Shown here: positions 61,568 through 64,000 of the stretch, piece after piece
Position numbering within the stretch: the first letter of the stretch is position 1
Layout of the letters: each line of letters starts with the position of its first letter
DNA from: Macrostomum lignano
Lineage: Eukaryota
Direction: 5' to 3'
Length of the DNA: 64,000 nt
Assembly: GCA_002269645.1 (NCBI GenBank)
Contig: NIVC01000092.1
Span: 124,001 to 188,000, forward strand
The notes under the pieces: model-generated
The model's input: only the letters and a program-made list of their open reading frames with translations
Database searches by the model: none
Told to the model about the DNA's origin: nothing
Position numbers and translations under genes: made by a program

Positions 61568-63069
61568 GCGCCGGATGACGCAGCGGGAGGTAAATCGACA
61601 AAACGGAAAAAGTCTCCAGCTGCTCGTCAGGACGCCGCAACGACGGCAGCAGCTGCGAACGCCTCTCTGCGCCAGGGACAACAGTCGAGCTCGGCCTGGG
61701 ACCTCTACGACAACACGGGTTCTCAACCGGACGCTGTCGCCGATCCACCCTCCGCTGTGCACCACTCGCAGTCGCCTCCGACGTCCACCTCGTCGCCGTC
61801 CCTTCCGACTCAGCAGGTAAACGGCGGCGCAAGCGGCAGCAACCTGCTGCTGTTCCTCGGCAGGCAGCCAAAGTCTGTGAGATTCAACGACAGTCAAGCG
61901 GCAGGGAATTTCGGTAACAGCGCTGGTGTCGGTGCCGGCGGCGGCGGTGTCGGTGCCGGCGGCGGCGGTGCCGGCGGCCCAGGAACTGGCAGCGGCGGCA
62001 ACGGAACGCCGGACAGTTTCTACGACGACTTAAAGAACCTCGACTACGCCGTTGTGCCTTCTAGCGGCATTGCGGCGCCAAACTACGACGAGCTTCCAAG
62101 CCAAGCGGAGCTGCGCGCCCCCGGCGCCAAAGATGACAGCGACTACGCGCTGCCGCCCGCGCACCCGGTGGCCTCCACAGATGGGGACTACGACTACAGC
62201 ATCGGGGGCAGCATCGCCGAGAGCGGCTGCTCAGACTACCAGAATATCAAGGCCGCCGCGGCGGCCGCGTCTTCAATCGCGTCCTCGGAGTCACCTCAGC
62301 CGCGAAAGCCTCAGCAGCAGCAGCAGCCGCAGCAGCACCGAATCACTCGCGAATTCCTTGATGACCTTCTTGCTTCCCCGGCTGGAGGCGGCAGCGGCAG
62401 CGGCCGTGAAAGCGGCAGCGTCAGCGACCTGCTGATGGAGTCGGACAAGCGCAGCCTGATGTCGAACACTGAGTCCATTGACTCCGAGGACATCGCCTTC
62501 CGGCCGGAGTGTCAGCTCCGCCTGACGCTGGCCGACGCCGTTAATATGCTGCGCAAACTGGAGACGGACTTCAGCGAGCGCTGCTCTCGTCTCTACAAGT
62601 TCATCCACAGTCGGTGGAAGGCGGAGGCTTCGTTGGCGTTGAACATGGCGAGCCTCCGACCGACCATCACAGAGTTGAATGAGCTGCTGGGCCAGCTAGT
62701 CGAGTTCCACTACGGAGTGCTGAACAATGCCCGACTGGAGGCCTGTCCGGACAGGGCGCTCTGCAAAAAGGTGTGGAAACACCTGCGAGTGTTCGAAAGG
62801 AACGCTATGGAGTTTGCCGATGCCGTTGCTGGAATTCGTCGACTTGACTGGAACCCGCGGCTGGTGGCGGAGGCGTGCTCGGAGCAGGCGACTGACTACT
62901 TGGGCTTCTGCGTCAGCTCCGCTCGCGACCTGCAGATCCAGCAGAGGGCGCTTTCGACAGCCGTGCATGCCAACGCGCCTCTGCTATTTCCGGTGGCACT
63001 CGATCAACTCGATGAGAAAGTTATCCCGATTGAGACAGAAGACTGGGGGCAGCAGCAACAGATGCAACG
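61568..63069 (+). CDS. BCAR1: Cas-family exon: substrate region and serine-rich four-helix bundle
   Basis: Acceptor cctgcag in frame with the 442-aa ORF. Tyr motifs, then a helical block ending AVHANAPLLF (cf. LHGNASLLF in Cas); phase-2 donor CG|GTGCGA. Confidence 0.8.
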
Positions 63070-63109
63070 GTGCGACTGGGTGTAGCTCTGGGCTCTAGCT
63101 CTGGTGACT

Positions 63110-63548
63110 GTCTGACATTGTTGAGTATCTCTGACTGTAGTGTCTCTCTGACTCTCTGACCGATGAGTGTCTCTCTGACTATCTGACCGATGAGTGTCTC
63201 TCTGACTCTCTGACCGATGAGTGTCTCTCTGACTCTCTGACCGATGAGTGTCTCTCTGACCGATGAGTGTCTCTCTGACCGATGAGTGTCTCTCTGACCG
63301 TTGAGTGTCTCTCTGACCGATGAGTTTCCTCTGACCGTTGAGTGTCTCTCTGACCGATGAGTGTCCTTTAACCGTTGAGTGTCTCTCTGACCGATGAGTG
63401 TCTCTCTGACCGATGAGTTTCCTCTGACCGTTGAGTGTCTCTCTGACCGATGAGTGTCCTTTAACCGTTGAGTGTCTCTCTGACCGATGAGTGTCTCTCT
63501 GACCGATGAGTGTCTCTCTGACCGATGAGTGTCTCTCTGACCGTTGAG
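63110..63548. repeat. 19-bp minisatellite (GAGTGTCTCTCTGACCGAT) in a Cas intron
   Basis: Tandem copies fill the intron. Confidence 0.95.
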
Positions 63549-63686
63549 TGGCTTTCCGATAGTTAAGTCTCTCTTCGCTTGCATTGTGGTGTCTCCGTCT
63601 GACCGTAGTGTCTCGACTTTTGGCGATGGATGACGGATCCACGAACATCTCGAAACCATCAGTTCACTGCCTTTCTATTTACACAG

Positions 63687-64000
63687 ATTATCATTAGTTT
63701 CGTCACAATCAAGCGGGTCGCAGAACCAGAATGTGACATCGGATTACATGCGCATGAACTTACTCACCGACTCAACCACCGGACTGCCGCCTGGCGACCG
63801 GGAACTCCTCGTCATGTACAGCGAACGACTCCGCATGGGCAGCGAAGCTTACGCAGTCATGTGCCAGGACCTGCAGGGGGTGCTGTCTTCGCGCCAGTCA
63901 TCTGGGGCAGTCATCGGCAGCCTCTGCCGCAGTCTGGTGTCCCGAGCCTACAAGCTGAGCCAGATGGCTGCCATGCTACACGAAGGCCTGCACTCGGTGC
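63687..64000 (+). CDS. BCAR1: Cas-family exon: C-terminal FAT-like domain (partial)
   Basis: Acceptor ctttctatttacacag in phase 2. LPPGDRELLVMYSE..SRAYKL resembles the Cas C-terminal domain (LGPSDRQLLLFY..SAHKL). Confidence 0.75.
   Translation, partial: MIISFVTIKRVAEPECDIGLHAHELTHRLNHRTAAWRPGTPRHVQRTTPHGQRSLRSHVPGPAGGAVFAPVIWGSHRQPLPQSGVPSLQAEPDGCHATRRPALG

Noticed and set aside
55364-63659. Repeat ORFs at 55.4-56.1, 56.8-57.8, 60.5-61.5 and 63.0-63.7 kb
   Set aside because: All coincide with intronic tandem arrays of the Cas gene.

Overview
Eukaryotic, metazoan (invertebrate-type) genomic DNA. It has GT-AG introns, GC-rich exons, minisatellite-packed introns and Tc1/mariner, hAT and LINE debris. 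A free-living-flatworm-like genome is my guess only. Host genes: a 3-exon CDK10, an intronless ANAPC11, a 2-exon RBM12-like RRM protein with a long RGG/Phe repeat, a 3-repeat beta-thymosin on the minus strand, and a p130Cas/BCAR1-family gene running off the right end. I also hand-built a small minus-strand gene at 168-1624 (putative signal, RGG/Arg-Tyr-Ser-rich core, hydrophobic tail). The gene-rich ends (0-11 kb, 46-64 kb) carry about 15 unrelated tandem arrays. The middle (11-30 kb, 35-46 kb) is a nested stack of transposons. Best leads: the shadoo-architecture gene, a 274-bp inverted-repeat element carrying a WSC-domain fragment, TACATGTA/TAGGCCTA palindromes that look like excision footprints, and regional CpG decay of transposons. 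All splice models and counts were made by eye.
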